DNA from: Bacteroidales bacterium
GTDB taxonomy: Bacteria; Bacteroidota; Bacteroidia; Bacteroidales; FEN-979
Direction of reading: 5' to 3'
Length of the DNA stretch: 62,991 nt
NCBI GenBank assembly: GCA_038212325.1
Contig: JBBQUQ010000005.1
Coordinates: 1 to 62,991 of the forward strand
Positions 18,266-29,700 of the stretch are shown in pieces. Numbering within the stretch: position 1 is the stretch's first letter; every line of letters begins with the position of its first letter. The notes beneath the pieces were generated by a model. That model made no database searches. It was not told where the DNA came from and worked only from the letters and a program-made list of their open reading frames with translations. A program made the position numbers and the translations under genes.

Positions 18266-19576
18266 TCATTCGGAAATTCCCATCTTCACTTTTTTATTCT
18301 TTATCTTTTCGTTTTTGATCAATTCAACCACTTTTTGAATTTTGCTGCAGCGCACGGCGGCATAAGATGCGTGATCCAGCACATCGACCTGTCCCAACTC
18401 CTCCTTTGCCAGCTTTCCTTTCTGCAGCAGCGTGCCGACAATATCCATTTTATTGATCTTCTCCTTCTTGCCGGCTGCAATATACAATGTGCGCCACATC
18501 GGTTTTGCCGGCAAAATGTTGTTTTCCGGTATTTTTTCAACCTCCGGTTTTTCGGTAATGAAAGGCGGCATGTGATCTTTGACCGACAGCAGTAAATAAG
18601 CGGTGCCGGCAGCATGCATCCTGGCGGTTCTTCCGTTCCTGTGGGTAAAAATGTCACGCGAAACGGGTAACTGGTAGTGTATGATCGCCGCCACGTCGGC
18701 AATATCGAGCCCGCGGGAGGCCAGGTCGGTCGTAACCAGCACAGGGTGGCTTCCGTTCCTGAATTTTATGAGCGCCCGCTCACGGTCCGCCTGCTCCAAA
18801 CCCCCGTGAAAAACACCATGCGCAAGCCCTTTGTCGGTCAGCAGGGCACTGATCCGGTCAACCGCCTCCCGGTGATTGCAGAAAACCAGTGCAGGTTTAT
18901 TATTAAGCTTGCAGATCAACGAGAATAAGATTTTCAGCTTGTCGGCATCATCCGCCTGCAGGTATTTTACTTTTAAACCCGCCGTTGTGGGGGTGCTGCT
19001 GTTTAAAAAATTCAGCTCCACCGGATTTTTTATTCCTGTAAAGGCAGGAATCTCATTCATGTTTGTCGCCGAGGTCAGGATGCGCTTGCGGAGACCTGTC
19101 AATTGCGATATAACGAACGACATCTCCGCTTTAAAGCCAAATTCCAAGGATTTGTCAAATTCATCAAGTACCAGTGTGCAGATGGTTGCAGCATCAATGT
19201 TGTCGTGACGGAGATGGTATGCGATCCGGCCCGGTGTTCCGACAAGCACGGCAGGCGGATGTGCCAGGCTGTTCCTTTCGGTTTTGGTGGCGTGCCCGCC
19301 ATAAAAGCAGTTCACCTTGTAACCGGTGTTCATCTGCTTGAAAACCTGCTCGATTTGCAGGGCCAGTTCGCGCGAAGGAACCAGGATCAAGGCCTGTACG
19401 CCTGTTAGGTCAGGCGCCAGGCTGCTGAGAACAGGCAGGAGGAAAGCCAGGGTTTTGCCCGATCCTGTTTCTGAAAGGAGTACAATGTCGGTCGCTTTTT
19501 TTGCCGATTCGATGGCTGACAGCTGCATCTTGTTCAACGCTGCGATCTTTAAATTCTCCAGGGTTTTTTGAATCAT
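18266..19576 (-). CDS. DEAD-box ATP-dependent RNA helicase with C-terminal DbpA-type RNA-binding domain
   Basis: Motifs SETGSGKT, DEFD, SAT and HRNGRTAR are present, plus a C-terminal GKKEKI...DIVG domain. Confidence 0.9.
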   Translation of the reverse strand: MIQKTLENLKIAALNKMQLSAIESAKKATDIVLLSETGSGKTLAFLLPVLSSLAPDLTGVQALILVPSRELALQIEQVFKQMNTGYKVNCFYGGHATKTERNSLAHPPAVLVGTPGRIAYHLRHDNIDAATICTLVLDEFDKSLEFGFKAEMSFVISQLTGLRKRILTSATNMNEIPAFTGIKNPVELNFLNSSTPTTAGLKVKYLQADDADKLKILFSLICKLNNKPALVFCNHREAVDRISALLTDKGLAHGVFHGGLEQADRERALIKFRNGSHPVLVTTDLASRGLDIADVAAIIHYQLPVSRDIFTHRNGRTARMHAAGTAYLLLSVKDHMPPFITEKPEVEKIPENNILPAKPMWRTLYIAAGKKEKINKMDIVGTLLQKGKLAKEELGQVDVLDHASYAAVRCSKIQKVVELIKNEKIKNKKVKMGISE

Positions 19577-19605
19577 ACTATTTTTTTAACTGCTGATTTC
19601 AGGAT

Positions 19606-19613
19606 CAAAGGTA
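19606..19613 (-). promoter_or_regulatory. candidate -7 box TACCTTTG for the helicase gene
   Basis: TAnnTTTG match 30 nt upstream of the ATG at 19576. Confidence 0.45.
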
Positions 19614-19657
19614 TGTCAAAAGCTCCTTGAAACCCATTTCCCTTTGATTTAAAATTG

Positions 19658-19665
19658 TAATTTTG
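19658..19665 (+). promoter_or_regulatory. candidate -7 box TAATTTTG for thiL
   Basis: TAnnTTTG match 51 nt upstream of the ATG at 19716. Confidence 0.45.
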
Positions 19666-19692
19666 CCCCAAAAAGCCATCCACCATTAACGG

Positions 19693-19713
19693 TTCACGAT
19701 TCACGATTCGCCA
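19693..19713. repeat. tandem heptamer TTCACGA x2 plus a degenerate copy TTCGCCA
   Basis: Read directly, ending 2 nt before the thiL ATG. Confidence 0.8.
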
Positions 19714-19715
19714 AA

Positions 19716-20786
19716 ATGTACGAAAAAAAAAATAAAAAGCCAACCCCCGCCGCACCCAAACTAACCTCCCTGTCAGAACTCGGGGAATTTGGCCTCATTG
19801 ACCGGTTAACGAAAAATGTCATTCACCATCACCCGGAAACGCTGAAAGGCATTGGAGATGATGCGGCAGTGATCGATGCAGGCGACAAGGTGATGCTTCT
19901 GTCAACCGACCTGCTGGTCGAGGGGATCCATTTCGACCTTACCTACATGCCGTTCAAACATCTCGGCTATAAGGCTGCTGTGGTGAACATCTCCGACATT
20001 GCCGCCATGAACGGCATACCAAAGCAGATGACGGTTTCCCTGGCCATTTCGAGCCGGTTTTCGGCCGAGGCGCTCGATGAACTGTATGCGGGTGTTCTGA
20101 TGGCCTGTGAAAAATACAAGGTCGATCTCGTTGGTGGCGATACCAGCTCGAATGTCAAAGGGCTGATGATCTCTGTTTCGATTCTTGGAGAAGCAAAAAA
20201 GGAGGAGGTTGCCTACCGCAGCGGCGCCAGGCCCGGCGATCTGCTTTGTGTAACAGGCGACCTGGGCAGCGCTTACATCGGGCTGCTCATCCTTGAACGC
20301 GAGAAATCGGTGTTCCAGGTGGATCCGAACATGCAGCCGGAACTTGAAGGATTTGACTACCAGGTCGGCCGCCAGTTAAGGCCCGAAGCACGCACCGATA
20401 TCCGCAACCTTCTGCTGGGTGTCGGCATCAAGCCAACCTCCATGATCGATATCTCCGACGGGCTGGCCTCCGAGATCCTGCATCTCTGCAAGCAATCAGG
20501 TGTCGGATGCAAACTTTTCGAGGGCAAAATCCCCATCGATGAACATACCCGCGAACTGGCCAAAGAGTATAAGATCATCCCGAGTGTCGCCGCCCTGAGC
20601 GGCGGCGAAGATTACGAGCTGCTTTTTACAGTAAAACAGGATGATTACGAAAAGATCAAGGATGTTGCCGGCATCAGCATCATCGGGCACATGACTCCCG
20701 CCTCAGACGGGAAAATGATGATCACCCCCGACGGGAAATCGATCCCGATCACCGCACAGGGATGGGACGGGATGAAAGGGAAGTAA
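19716..20786 (+). CDS. thiL: thiamine-monophosphate kinase
   Basis: GEFGLIDRL...GIGDDAAV...LLSTDLLVEGIHF and the AIR-synthase-like fold motifs are present. Confidence 0.9.
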   Translation: MYEKKNKKPTPAAPKLTSLSELGEFGLIDRLTKNVIHHHPETLKGIGDDAAVIDAGDKVMLLSTDLLVEGIHFDLTYMPFKHLGYKAAVVNISDIAAMNGIPKQMTVSLAISSRFSAEALDELYAGVLMACEKYKVDLVGGDTSSNVKGLMISVSILGEAKKEEVAYRSGARPGDLLCVTGDLGSAYIGLLILEREKSVFQVDPNMQPELEGFDYQVGRQLRPEARTDIRNLLLGVGIKPTSMIDISDGLASEILHLCKQSGVGCKLFEGKIPIDEHTRELAKEYKIIPSVAALSGGEDYELLFTVKQDDYEKIKDVAGISIIGHMTPASDGKMMITPDGKSIPITAQGWDGMKGK

Positions 20787-20802
20787 TATCGACCATCTAT
20801 GA

Positions 20803-21810
20803 CTATTTTGAAACCACTACTATCCTGAATGATCCCGCGACCACCCTGCGCTTACCATTATCAATTGCCACTTCCGCCACCGGCAGGTAAATTCTTTTTG
20901 TTGTTTCATCGTAGGCAATGGTACGCGCACCTGCTTGTGTTTCAAGTGTTTGGATGGCCCTGTAGTCATTCGGGCCGTCCTGGTGGATCACTGTAAGGGT
21001 TCCTTCGCCATTCGAAGATACTGCATTGCGGTCGGCAGGAATAAACACAACACCGTCGCATCCTTCACCTATGGGAATAAAGGCAACGATCTTACCGTTT
21101 GCAGCGTCCATAACGACCACCTGGCCTGACTCACTGCATGCCGAAAAAAGGCGGTTACTCCTCATGTCTATGGCAAGCCCGGTTGGTTCTTTGCCGGGAG
21201 AGAGGGGCCACTCGACATCAATTTCCATGGCAAGGGCATCAAACCTGACGATGGTCGATTTATCTTCGATGTTGCAGAAAATTTTTCCGATTCCGTTTGA
21301 CACGGCCGCCTCCGGCTTGCCGGATAACGGCAACATGCCAACAACCCTGTTGGTCTTCGCATCGATGGCAGTTACTGATTTTCCGCTGCCATTGAAGGTG
21401 AAGATCCGGTTGCTGAACGCATCGTAGAGGATAAAATCAGGATTCATGCCTGTTTTTACCTTGTCGATAATTTTCAGTGTTTTCAGGTCGAAAACGATGA
21501 CTGAATCAAGCCGGCCGGCTGAGATAAAACCTTTGTTCAAGCTGGGAACCATGACAATTCCGTGAACACCCGGGGTATTTGGTATCTGCCCGATGAGTTT
21601 GTCGGTCTGCAAATCAACCACCTCCACGCATGTTGCATGCGAGACGAACAATCTTTGTGTCGCATTATCAACGGCAAGGTAGTCCCACCCGCCCGTCCCT
21701 CCAACCGGAATAGTCTTCGTTACCCGGTATTCGCCCCGGTTGCTTTGAGCAACAGCTACCTGCATGGTGAAGAGAAATGCGATAATGAACATTATGGGTG
21801 TGTTTTTCAT
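20803..21810 (-). CDS. secreted YncE-like beta-propeller repeat protein
   Basis: Signal peptide followed by repeated about 40-aa blades of the form (..G..P.G.A.D......FV....). Confidence 0.7.
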   Translation of the reverse strand: MKNTPIMFIIAFLFTMQVAVAQSNRGEYRVTKTIPVGGTGGWDYLAVDNATQRLFVSHATCVEVVDLQTDKLIGQIPNTPGVHGIVMVPSLNKGFISAGRLDSVIVFDLKTLKIIDKVKTGMNPDFILYDAFSNRIFTFNGSGKSVTAIDAKTNRVVGMLPLSGKPEAAVSNGIGKIFCNIEDKSTIVRFDALAMEIDVEWPLSPGKEPTGLAIDMRSNRLFSACSESGQVVVMDAANGKIVAFIPIGEGCDGVVFIPADRNAVSSNGEGTLTVIHQDGPNDYRAIQTLETQAGARTIAYDETTKRIYLPVAEVAIDNGKRRVVAGSFRIVVVSK

Positions 21811-21850
21811 GGTTTTGTTTTTATCAAAGGTCGGAAAATTATTTAAAAAA

Positions 21851-22021
21851 TCAATCCATATTTCTTTGCCGGAAAGGCCGGATCAACCCGTCATAATGCA
21901 CCATGTTTGATTCATAAAACCCGGCAAGGGCAAATCCAAAGATTAACCATCCGAGAAAAAATCCGGTTGTACCGGATGCAAGAACTGCAAGTATATATAT
22001 TATCTGATCAGTCACAATCAT
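21851..22021 (-). CDS. possible 56-aa membrane peptide or truncated membrane protein
   Basis: ATG..TGA ORF encoding MIVTDQIIYILAVLASGTTGFFLGWLIFGFALAGFYESN... It is below the ORF-track cut-off and contains one or two hydrophobic helices. Confidence 0.25.
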   Translation of the reverse strand: MIVTDQIIYILAVLASGTTGFFLGWLIFGFALAGFYESNMVHYDGLIRPFRQRNMD

Positions 22022-22067
22022 TATATTTTTTGGCAGGAATCATGCGGTTTTTATGGCTGCTGTTTTG

Positions 22068-22075
22068 TACTTTTG
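22068..22075 (+). promoter_or_regulatory. candidate -7 box TACTTTTG for the outer-membrane receptor gene
   Basis: TAnnTTTG match 24 nt upstream of the ATG at 22099. Confidence 0.45.
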
Positions 22076-22098
22076 CATGAAAATCATAGCTTTTTTTT

Positions 22099-24510
22099 AT
22101 GGCCCGCCTTCTATTCCTCGTATTTCTCCTTTTCGCCATTTCATTACCCGTGACACCACAAAACAGTAATCCGGGGGTAGTTTCAGGCCGTGTGATGGAT
22201 AACCAAACCCTTACCCCGGTCGAATACGCCAATATCGTGCTTCGCGATACCATTAGTCATACCATGGTAACCGGCATGGTTTCCGACAGCAATGGTTATT
22301 TTAAAATGAAGGACGTTCCATATGGTTTTTTTTACCTGGAGTATAGTTATATCGGCTACGAAAAGCAGCGCACCCGCATTTTTACGGTGAGCCGCAAGCA
22401 TCCAAAAACCGATCTCGGAGAGATCAGCCTCACCACCTCGGCCATCAGCATGAACGAGGTGACCATTACCGGCGAAAGGAACATGATGATCAACCGGATC
22501 GACCGGAAGGTGTTCAATGTGCAGAAGGACATCCAGGCGCAAACCGGAACGGTTACGGATATGCTTCAGACCATCCCTTCCATATCGGTGGATGTCGACG
22601 GCAACATCAGCCTCCGCGGTTCGGGTAGCGTGACCATCCTCATCAATGGGCGCCCGTCGGTGATGACCAACGCCGCCAACCTGGAGCAGATGCCGGCCTC
22701 GCTCGTCGAAAAAATAGAAGTCATTACCAATCCTTCGGCCAAATACAGGCCCGATGGAACCGGTGGGATCATCAACATCATCCTGAAAAAGGAGCGCAAA
22801 GCGGGATTCAATACCATTTTGGGCGCAAATGCCGGCAACAACAGCCGTTTTAACACCAACATGCAGCTCAATTACAACACAGGAGGGGTAAACCTTTTCG
22901 GGAGCTACGGCTTCAGGCAGGATTACCGTTTCCGCAGCGGGGAGCTCAATTCGCAGACCATTGATACCGCCACCGGCCAGTCAACATATTTTGAGCAGAC
23001 CTCTTCTGGTCATTCACATTCACGCTCCCACCTGGCGCAGTTGGGCACCGACTGGAGCATGGGAAAAAAAGATGTGGCAGGCATCTCCGGCACCTATAAC
23101 TACCGCAATAACACCCGCAACAATACCGATGAAAATGTGTACAAGGACAATGGTCAAACGCCATTTGAGCAGTATACCAGGACGCTGAACGGGAAGGAGG
23201 GAGAACAAAGTGCAGGACTGACGGGGTTCTACGAGCATGTTTTCAGCCGCGAAGACGAGTATATCCTGCGGGCCGATATTGAATACCAGCAGGAGTCAGA
23301 AAAGGAAGACGACTACTGGACCAACAATTATACGCTTCCGGCATATCCCCAGGGGCAGGATCACACCCAGGCACACAATGCGAACAAGGAATTAACTTTC
23401 TCGGTTGATTATTCCCGGCCATTGTGGGAAAATTCAAGCCTCGAATCGGGGTACCAGCAAATCGTGCAGATCAGCGAGCAGGACCAGGCGGTCTATCACC
23501 TCGATCCCGAATCGGGAAACTTGTACCACGACACCACGGCCAGCAACCATTTTAAATCGAACCAAACAGTTTATGCATTCTACGGAACCCTGACTGCCAG
23601 CAGGGGCAAATTCACGGCGATGGCCGGCCTTCGGGCCGAAGAGACAACGGTCAACCTCAATTTCATCACCCTCGACACACTGACCAAAACCAGCTATTTT
23701 GCCCTCTATCCGACGATCCACCTTTCGCTGGCTTCGGGAAAAAATGAATGGCAATTGAATTACAGCCGGCGTGTGAACCGGCCCGACCCCGACGACATGA
23801 ACCCTGTGCCCGAATACCGCGACCCCCGCAACATTTATGTCGGCAATACCGGCCTGGTGCCTGAGGATATCCATTCATTCGAATTCGGATATGCTTTCCG
23901 GCTCGAAAATTTCACTTTTATTCCAACGCTTTTCTACCGATACAAGGTGAATGGTTTCACGAGGGTTACCACCAGCGTGAACGACACCGTTCTCATGACA
24001 ACCATCGAAAACATGGCCAAAGACCAGTCGGCAGGCATCGACCTGAGCGGTTCGTGGCAGGCTGCCAAAATCATGAACCTCAATTTCAGCGCATCAGGCT
24101 TCTACAGCCAGATAGATGCGTCGAACATCGGCTATTCGGCCGATCAATCCACCTTTTCGTGGAATGCCAAGGCGAATGCATCCTTCACGATTACAAAAAC
24201 GACCCTGTTACAGGTGTTTGGCCAGTATCGTTCCGAGGTACTCACCGCGCAGGGCCACCGGCTTCCGGCCTGGGTGGTGAACCTGGGCTTCCGTCAGGCC
24301 CTCTGGAAGAAAAAACTGTCGCTTATTGCCACCGTTTCCGACCTTTTCAATTCGCAAACGATGAAAAGCACTGTAAATACGGCTACCCTGGTACAGGAGT
24401 CGACCCGTCGCCGCGATGCACGGGTGATCTATGCCGGGGTTGTCTTTAACTTCGGCAACACCGGCAAGAAAGTGAAGGATGCAAAGTTCGAATTTGACAA
24501 CGGATTGTAA
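22099..24510 (+). CDS. TonB-dependent-receptor-like outer membrane beta-barrel protein with N-terminal carboxypeptidase-regulatory-like domain
   Basis: Signal peptide, a GRV.D..T..P.EYANIVL CarbopepD_reg-like start, a plug-like region and an aromatic C-terminal beta-strand region. Confidence 0.85.
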   Translation: MARLLFLVFLLFAISLPVTPQNSNPGVVSGRVMDNQTLTPVEYANIVLRDTISHTMVTGMVSDSNGYFKMKDVPYGFFYLEYSYIGYEKQRTRIFTVSRKHPKTDLGEISLTTSAISMNEVTITGERNMMINRIDRKVFNVQKDIQAQTGTVTDMLQTIPSISVDVDGNISLRGSGSVTILINGRPSVMTNAANLEQMPASLVEKIEVITNPSAKYRPDGTGGIINIILKKERKAGFNTILGANAGNNSRFNTNMQLNYNTGGVNLFGSYGFRQDYRFRSGELNSQTIDTATGQSTYFEQTSSGHSHSRSHLAQLGTDWSMGKKDVAGISGTYNYRNNTRNNTDENVYKDNGQTPFEQYTRTLNGKEGEQSAGLTGFYEHVFSREDEYILRADIEYQQESEKEDDYWTNNYTLPAYPQGQDHTQAHNANKELTFSVDYSRPLWENSSLESGYQQIVQISEQDQAVYHLDPESGNLYHDTTASNHFKSNQTVYAFYGTLTASRGKFTAMAGLRAEETTVNLNFITLDTLTKTSYFALYPTIHLSLASGKNEWQLNYSRRVNRPDPDDMNPVPEYRDPRNIYVGNTGLVPEDIHSFEFGYAFRLENFTFIPTLFYRYKVNGFTRVTTSVNDTVLMTTIENMAKDQSAGIDLSGSWQAAKIMNLNFSASGFYSQIDASNIGYSADQSTFSWNAKANASFTITKTTLLQVFGQYRSEVLTAQGHRLPAWVVNLGFRQALWKKKLSLIATVSDLFNSQTMKSTVNTATLVQESTRRRDARVIYAGVVFNFGNTGKKVKDAKFEFDNGL

Positions 24511-24511
24511 A

Positions 24512-26347
24512 ATGGCCGGATCGCTGAACAAATATTTCTCCCACCTCGAACCGATTGTAAAAAACCTTCCTCACAAGCCGGGGGTTTACCAGTATTTCGA
24601 CGAAAAAAACAAGATCATCTATGTTGGTAAGGCCAAAAACCTTAAGAAACGTGTTAGCTCCTATTTTGCCAAGATCAACTCCATTAGCGGGAAGGTGCAG
24701 ATGCTGGTGCGAAGGATTGCCGACATTCAGTACATTGTCGTAGAAACAGAACAGGACGCGCTGCTGCTCGAAAACAACCTGATCAAAAAGTACCAGCCCC
24801 ATTACAATGTGGCATTGAAGGATGATAAAACCTTTCCCTGGATTTGCATTAAAGATGAACCGTTCCCGCGTATTTTTCCCACGCGGAATGTGATCCGCGA
24901 CGGCTCGGCCTATTTCGGCCCCTATGCCAATGTAAGGCTCATGCATACCCTGCTGGAGTTGAGCCGCCAGTTGTACCCACTGCGCAATTGTTCGCTGGTG
25001 CTGAGTGACCGGAACATCCGTGCGAAAAAATTCAGGGTCTGCCTTGAATACCATATCGGAAATTGCAAAGGTCCCTGCGAAGGCCACCAGCCTGCTGAGG
25101 ATTATGATAAGTCAATCGGGGCGATCAGGGAGATCATCAAAGGCAACATCACAACGGTTGCCAGGCAGCTCAGGGAACTCATGATGAGCTATGCCGCCAC
25201 CCAGGAATTTGAAAAAGCTCATCTTGTAAAGGAAAAGCTGGCACTGCTCGACAAATACCAGAGTAAATCGACGGTGGTCAGTCCCACCATCAACAATGTC
25301 GATGTTTTCTCCATTGTCACTTCAGGTCTTCATGCCTATGTCAACTTCATGAAGGTGATGAATGGCGCCATCATCCAGGTTCACACCATCGAGATGATTA
25401 AAAAGCTGGATGAAACGCCGGTCGAGTTGCTTTCAATTGCGATCACGGAAATCAGGCAGCGGTTTGAGAGTGTTTCGCCCGAAATTATCGTGCCGTTCGC
25501 CATGGAATACCAGATTCAGGGCATCAGTTTCACGGTGCCAAAAATCGGGGACAAGAAAAAATTGCTGGAGCTGTCTGAACGTAACGTGAAATACTACCAG
25601 CTTGAAAAGGAGAAACAGAAAGAACTTGTTGACCCTGAGCATAAGTCGCGCCGCATCCTCGACACCATGATGAAAGACCTCCGCATGACGGAACTGCCTG
25701 TACACATCGAATGTTTCGACAACTCCAACATCCAGGGAACCAGCCCGGTGGCAGCCATGGTTTGCTTTAAAAATGCACGACCCGATAAAAGCGAGTACCG
25801 CCATTTCAATATCAAGACCGTGGAAGGCCCTGACGATTTTGCTTCGATGGAAGAGATCATCTTTCGCAGGTACAAGCGCCTGGTGGAAGAGGGAAACTCC
25901 CTGCCCCAACTAATTGTTGTGGATGGCGGTAAAGGCCAGCTCAGCGCCGCGCTGAAAAGCCTTGACAAACTTGGACTCACCGGGAAAATGACCGTGATCG
26001 GTATCGCAAAAAAGTTGGAGGAGATCTACTATCCGAACGATTCGCTGCCCATGTATCTTGACAAAAAATCAGAGACCTTGCGGGTTATACAGCAAATGCG
26101 CGACGAGGCTCACAGGTTCGGGATCACCCACCACAGGCGGCGTCGTGAAAAGGCCGCCTTGTCGCCCCAGTTAATGGAAATCCAGGGCATCGGGTTCAGC
26201 ATCAACCAAAAGCTCCTGTGGAAATTCAAATCGGTAAAAAATATCAAACTTGCCGCACTGGAAGAAATACAGGAAGCCATTGGAAAAGCAAAAGGCACGA
26301 AGGTCTTTGCCTATTTCAAGGGCAGCAATGAAAAAGACGGATCATAA
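24512..26347 (+). CDS. uvrC: excinuclease ABC subunit C
   Basis: GIY-YIG start (PGVYQYFD...IIYVGKAKNLKKRV), a UVR domain, and Endo-V-like and HhH C-terminal regions. The ATG at 24512 follows the upstream TAA. Confidence 0.93.
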   Translation: MAGSLNKYFSHLEPIVKNLPHKPGVYQYFDEKNKIIYVGKAKNLKKRVSSYFAKINSISGKVQMLVRRIADIQYIVVETEQDALLLENNLIKKYQPHYNVALKDDKTFPWICIKDEPFPRIFPTRNVIRDGSAYFGPYANVRLMHTLLELSRQLYPLRNCSLVLSDRNIRAKKFRVCLEYHIGNCKGPCEGHQPAEDYDKSIGAIREIIKGNITTVARQLRELMMSYAATQEFEKAHLVKEKLALLDKYQSKSTVVSPTINNVDVFSIVTSGLHAYVNFMKVMNGAIIQVHTIEMIKKLDETPVELLSIAITEIRQRFESVSPEIIVPFAMEYQIQGISFTVPKIGDKKKLLELSERNVKYYQLEKEKQKELVDPEHKSRRILDTMMKDLRMTELPVHIECFDNSNIQGTSPVAAMVCFKNARPDKSEYRHFNIKTVEGPDDFASMEEIIFRRYKRLVEEGNSLPQLIVVDGGKGQLSAALKSLDKLGLTGKMTVIGIAKKLEEIYYPNDSLPMYLDKKSETLRVIQQMRDEAHRFGITHHRRRREKAALSPQLMEIQGIGFSINQKLLWKFKSVKNIKLAALEEIQEAIGKAKGTKVFAYFKGSNEKDGS

Positions 26348-26366
26348 CCATGCCCGAAGGCAACCG

Positions 26367-26747
26367 TCACGCTCCAAGCAGTGCCGAATATTGTGCGGCA
26401 TCAAGCAGGTCGGCCATTTCCCCTGCATCTGAAAACTTGATTTTGATTACCCAGCCTTTATCGTAAGGGTCCTTGTTGATGATCTCGGGGTTTGTTGTCA
26501 GGGCATCATTGAACTCCAGCACCTCTCCGCTTACCGGCATGAACATGTCGGAAACTGTTTTCACCGCCTCGATCGTTCCAAAGGATTCATGTTTTCCGAG
26601 GGTCTCTCCCACCGTTTCCACTTCAATGAAAACGATGTCGCCCAACTCATGCTGAGCATGGTCGGTAATTCCGATCCAGGCCTGATCGCCTTCAACTTTC
26701 AGCCATTCATGGTCTTTGGTGTACTTGAGATTTGCAGGAACGTTCAT
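26367..26747 (-). CDS. gcvH: glycine cleavage system H protein
   Basis: YTKDHEW...GITD.AQ..LGDIVF.E and the lipoyl-lysine motif EAVKTVSD are present. Confidence 0.93.
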   Translation of the reverse strand: MNVPANLKYTKDHEWLKVEGDQAWIGITDHAQHELGDIVFIEVETVGETLGKHESFGTIEAVKTVSDMFMPVSGEVLEFNDALTTNPEIINKDPYDKGWVIKIKFSDAGEMADLLDAAQYSALLGA

Positions 26748-26771
26748 ATTGCTTGTGTTTTAATACTGGGT

Positions 26772-26779
26772 CAAATATA
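26772..26779 (-). promoter_or_regulatory. candidate -7 box TATATTTG for gcvH
   Basis: TAnnTTTG match 25 nt upstream of the ATG at 26747. Confidence 0.45.
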
Positions 26780-26791
26780 GATACTTTTTTT

Positions 26792-29700
26792 CTATTGTCC
26801 TAACGTAAAACGCAGTGCGATGCCTCCCTTGGTGTTTGAAGTACGGTATTGGTTCGAAACGTAGGGGGTGTTGATGATCTTATCAAAATAGAACCTGACA
26901 TTGAAGCGGGCGCTCAGGTTGTAATCGGCTGAAAAGTTCAGGGTGAACACCTGCTGGCCAACCGAAATCTGGTTGATATCCTCATCAACGCGGCGTAACA
27001 CGGTTATATTTTTGCGGATAGAGAGATCCATCTTCAGGTTTAGATCACTGTTGGTGGTGGTTTTCTTTCCACCGCCCAGCACACCGGAAATGTTGAATTT
27101 TATCCCTTTAATTCTGTACCCCATGCCGATGATGAATTCACGGCTGGTGATTTCCGTTAACTGGTTATTGACAAAACTGAGGGCGTAATTGCGTGAACGT
27201 TTCAATTCCAAGCTGGCCAGCAGGCTGTTCAGGAACCCCAGGTCGAATTTTATCAACGGGTTGAATTGCTCAGTAACGGAGATGATGTTGGTTTGCGCTT
27301 CCGGGATGAAATTTCCGGCATCATCCGTCACCGAGGGCATGCCGTTTACCTCACGGTAATAGACATTCGAGTTGAAGTTGCCGACGTTGTAAGTCGACAA
27401 ATATGCATGGGTGATGCTGAAGGTACGAAGCCATGTTTTAAAAATCTTCAGTTTGGCAAGACCGTCGTAAGTAAGCCGCCAGTTGGGGAGTGGGATGTTG
27501 GGAAATGCCGTCAGGTTGACTTTCGAAGGGTTCTTTCCGGTGTAGGCCGCCAGGAATGCCGATGTGAGCACCTCCTGGTTAGTGGGGCCGTACCCTTCAG
27601 GAAATCCGGTGGAATCATTGACCAATGTGGAATTAGGGTTTAAAGCGGCATAGCGCTGAGCGATCTCATACCGGTACTCTTTCATTCTTTCAAATATCGG
27701 GGAGGTCCCGTAACCGTTATCCTTGACAAATGCAGTCCCAATGAGGATGTACGAGATGGTGTAGCTTCCCTGGTCGGTGGGTGAATATGAACCAAACACC
27801 CGGGCTGAATTTGCCTTGTAGTACTCCTGGTGCGTGAGTGAATATTGTTTGTTGGCGACCACCTCAATGCGCAAATCCTTAACGGGTTCAACACTTATGT
27901 TGATATTCAGGTTTTCGGTAAACTTTGTGATATATGGATTGTTCAGCATGGTGTCGGTGGTGATCCATCCTTTGTCGGAAGCAGTATTGCGGATATCGTT
28001 CTGACTGCCAAAGACAAAGCCGAGCCCGGGGGCATTCACGCTCCAGTTATTGCCCAGCGCATCGGGTTTCGGATAAAAGCCGGGCAATATGGTTCCATTT
28101 CCCTGCGTGTAGGTGAATTTAGCCGTCCTGATACCCATCAGGAACCGGAGGCTGCCTTCGAGGATGATCTTGCCCACATTGGGTCGGTTCAACTTGATGT
28201 TAAGGCTGTCCTGTTTCGGGGCGTTCTTGTTTTTCGGGGGCTCAGGCTTGTTTCCACGGGTGTTGGCTGTTTTCTGATTGATCCTTTTGAGGTATGGAAT
28301 CTTGTTGTACAGGGTCACCATATTCAACCCGCCATTGAGGGCCTTGGTATTGCCGTTTTCAATTGTATTTCCATATTGCTGCTGAACAGATACCGGCGAT
28401 GAAACCCATCGGTAAAGCGCCGTGTATGAAGCCTGAAGGGTGATGAAATCGAGCATCGGAATTTTCCCGATCGGGATGTCCCAGGCAACGTTAAACGCCT
28501 GGTTATAGCTGTTTTTTGTCCCAAAGTTTAATATTTCGTTCCACACTCGGCCGCTGTTGGTAGCGTCGATCTGTCCCGGAGGTTCATTCACATAGGCCTG
28601 GGTGTTTGCAATAAGCGTAATCCTGAACGACCTGGCAAAGTCGTATTTCAAATCAAAGGTACGGCTCCAGTCCCAGCGCTTGATGTAAAAAGTCTCCATG
28701 GGCACGATCGCCTCGCTTTTATTCCTGAACTGCTTCTGGTTGTATTCACGGTTCATGTCAGTTCGGAAGGTGAACGACTTAGGAAGGTAATAGAAATTAA
28801 AATCCTTTATCAGGGTGAATGCCTTTGACTTATTCAGCACCTTTGCCCGCTGGAATGGCAGTACATTCTTTGGCTGGACCGAGAACGTATAACCGAGGCC
28901 TCCGGTGTACTTCTTTTTCAGGTCGTAAGCGACATCGACATCTCTGTGAAAAATTTCGGAGTAGGCATAACTGGCATTGAAGTTCTCGATATCGTAGACC
29001 CTTGGTTTTTTGGTACCTGTGCGGTCCTTCCTGACATTCATCAGGTTAAAGTTCTTGGACTGCGTATAGCCCTGGGTCATTTGTTTGATTGAATCCTTCT
29101 CCGCCTGGGTGTCAAATGCATCAAGAACATCAGAAAGATACAAATCCGGAATCAGTGGATCGTATTTCGGACTTACAAGAAGCACGGAGTAGTCGAAATG
29201 CATCGGAATGCGGATACCGCTTTTTGCCGGGAAAAATTTACCAAGTTCCAGGTCGGTATCGAACCCGAAGGTGCGGATCGACTCCATCGGCCGTTCGGTC
29301 TGTTTTTGTTCAAGGGTTCCGAAGCCTGAACTGGTGTAAGTGCCGGTAAGCTGAACCCGGCCGAGGTCAGCAAGTTCCACAGCCACCCTCGCCGTGGCAG
29401 CAATTCCTGAATTTTTATCGAACCCCGAGAGCCGGAGTTCATCAACCCAGATCTCGGCACATTTTGCCTGGCCGTCGTCATCGTCGGTCTGCGTGCTTTT
29501 TTTCGGGTTCCGCACGCCGATCATGATGGCCTTTACATCACTGATGGTAGGCGAACCCACAATGGTGATTTTATTGTTCCCGTCGTACTCGGTATAGGGG
29601 GTTGACGATGTAAGTTTAATTCCCTGGTTCTGCTCCACCACCAAACGATTGTATTTAGCCTGGACGAGTCGCTTAAGGTCGATGTTAAAAGCATTGCTTT

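Noticed and set aside
22008-22253. 81-aa minus-strand ORF overlapping the start of the outer-membrane receptor gene
   Set aside because: It overlaps the receptor signal peptide and its -7 box and has no motifs. The receptor frame is strongly supported.
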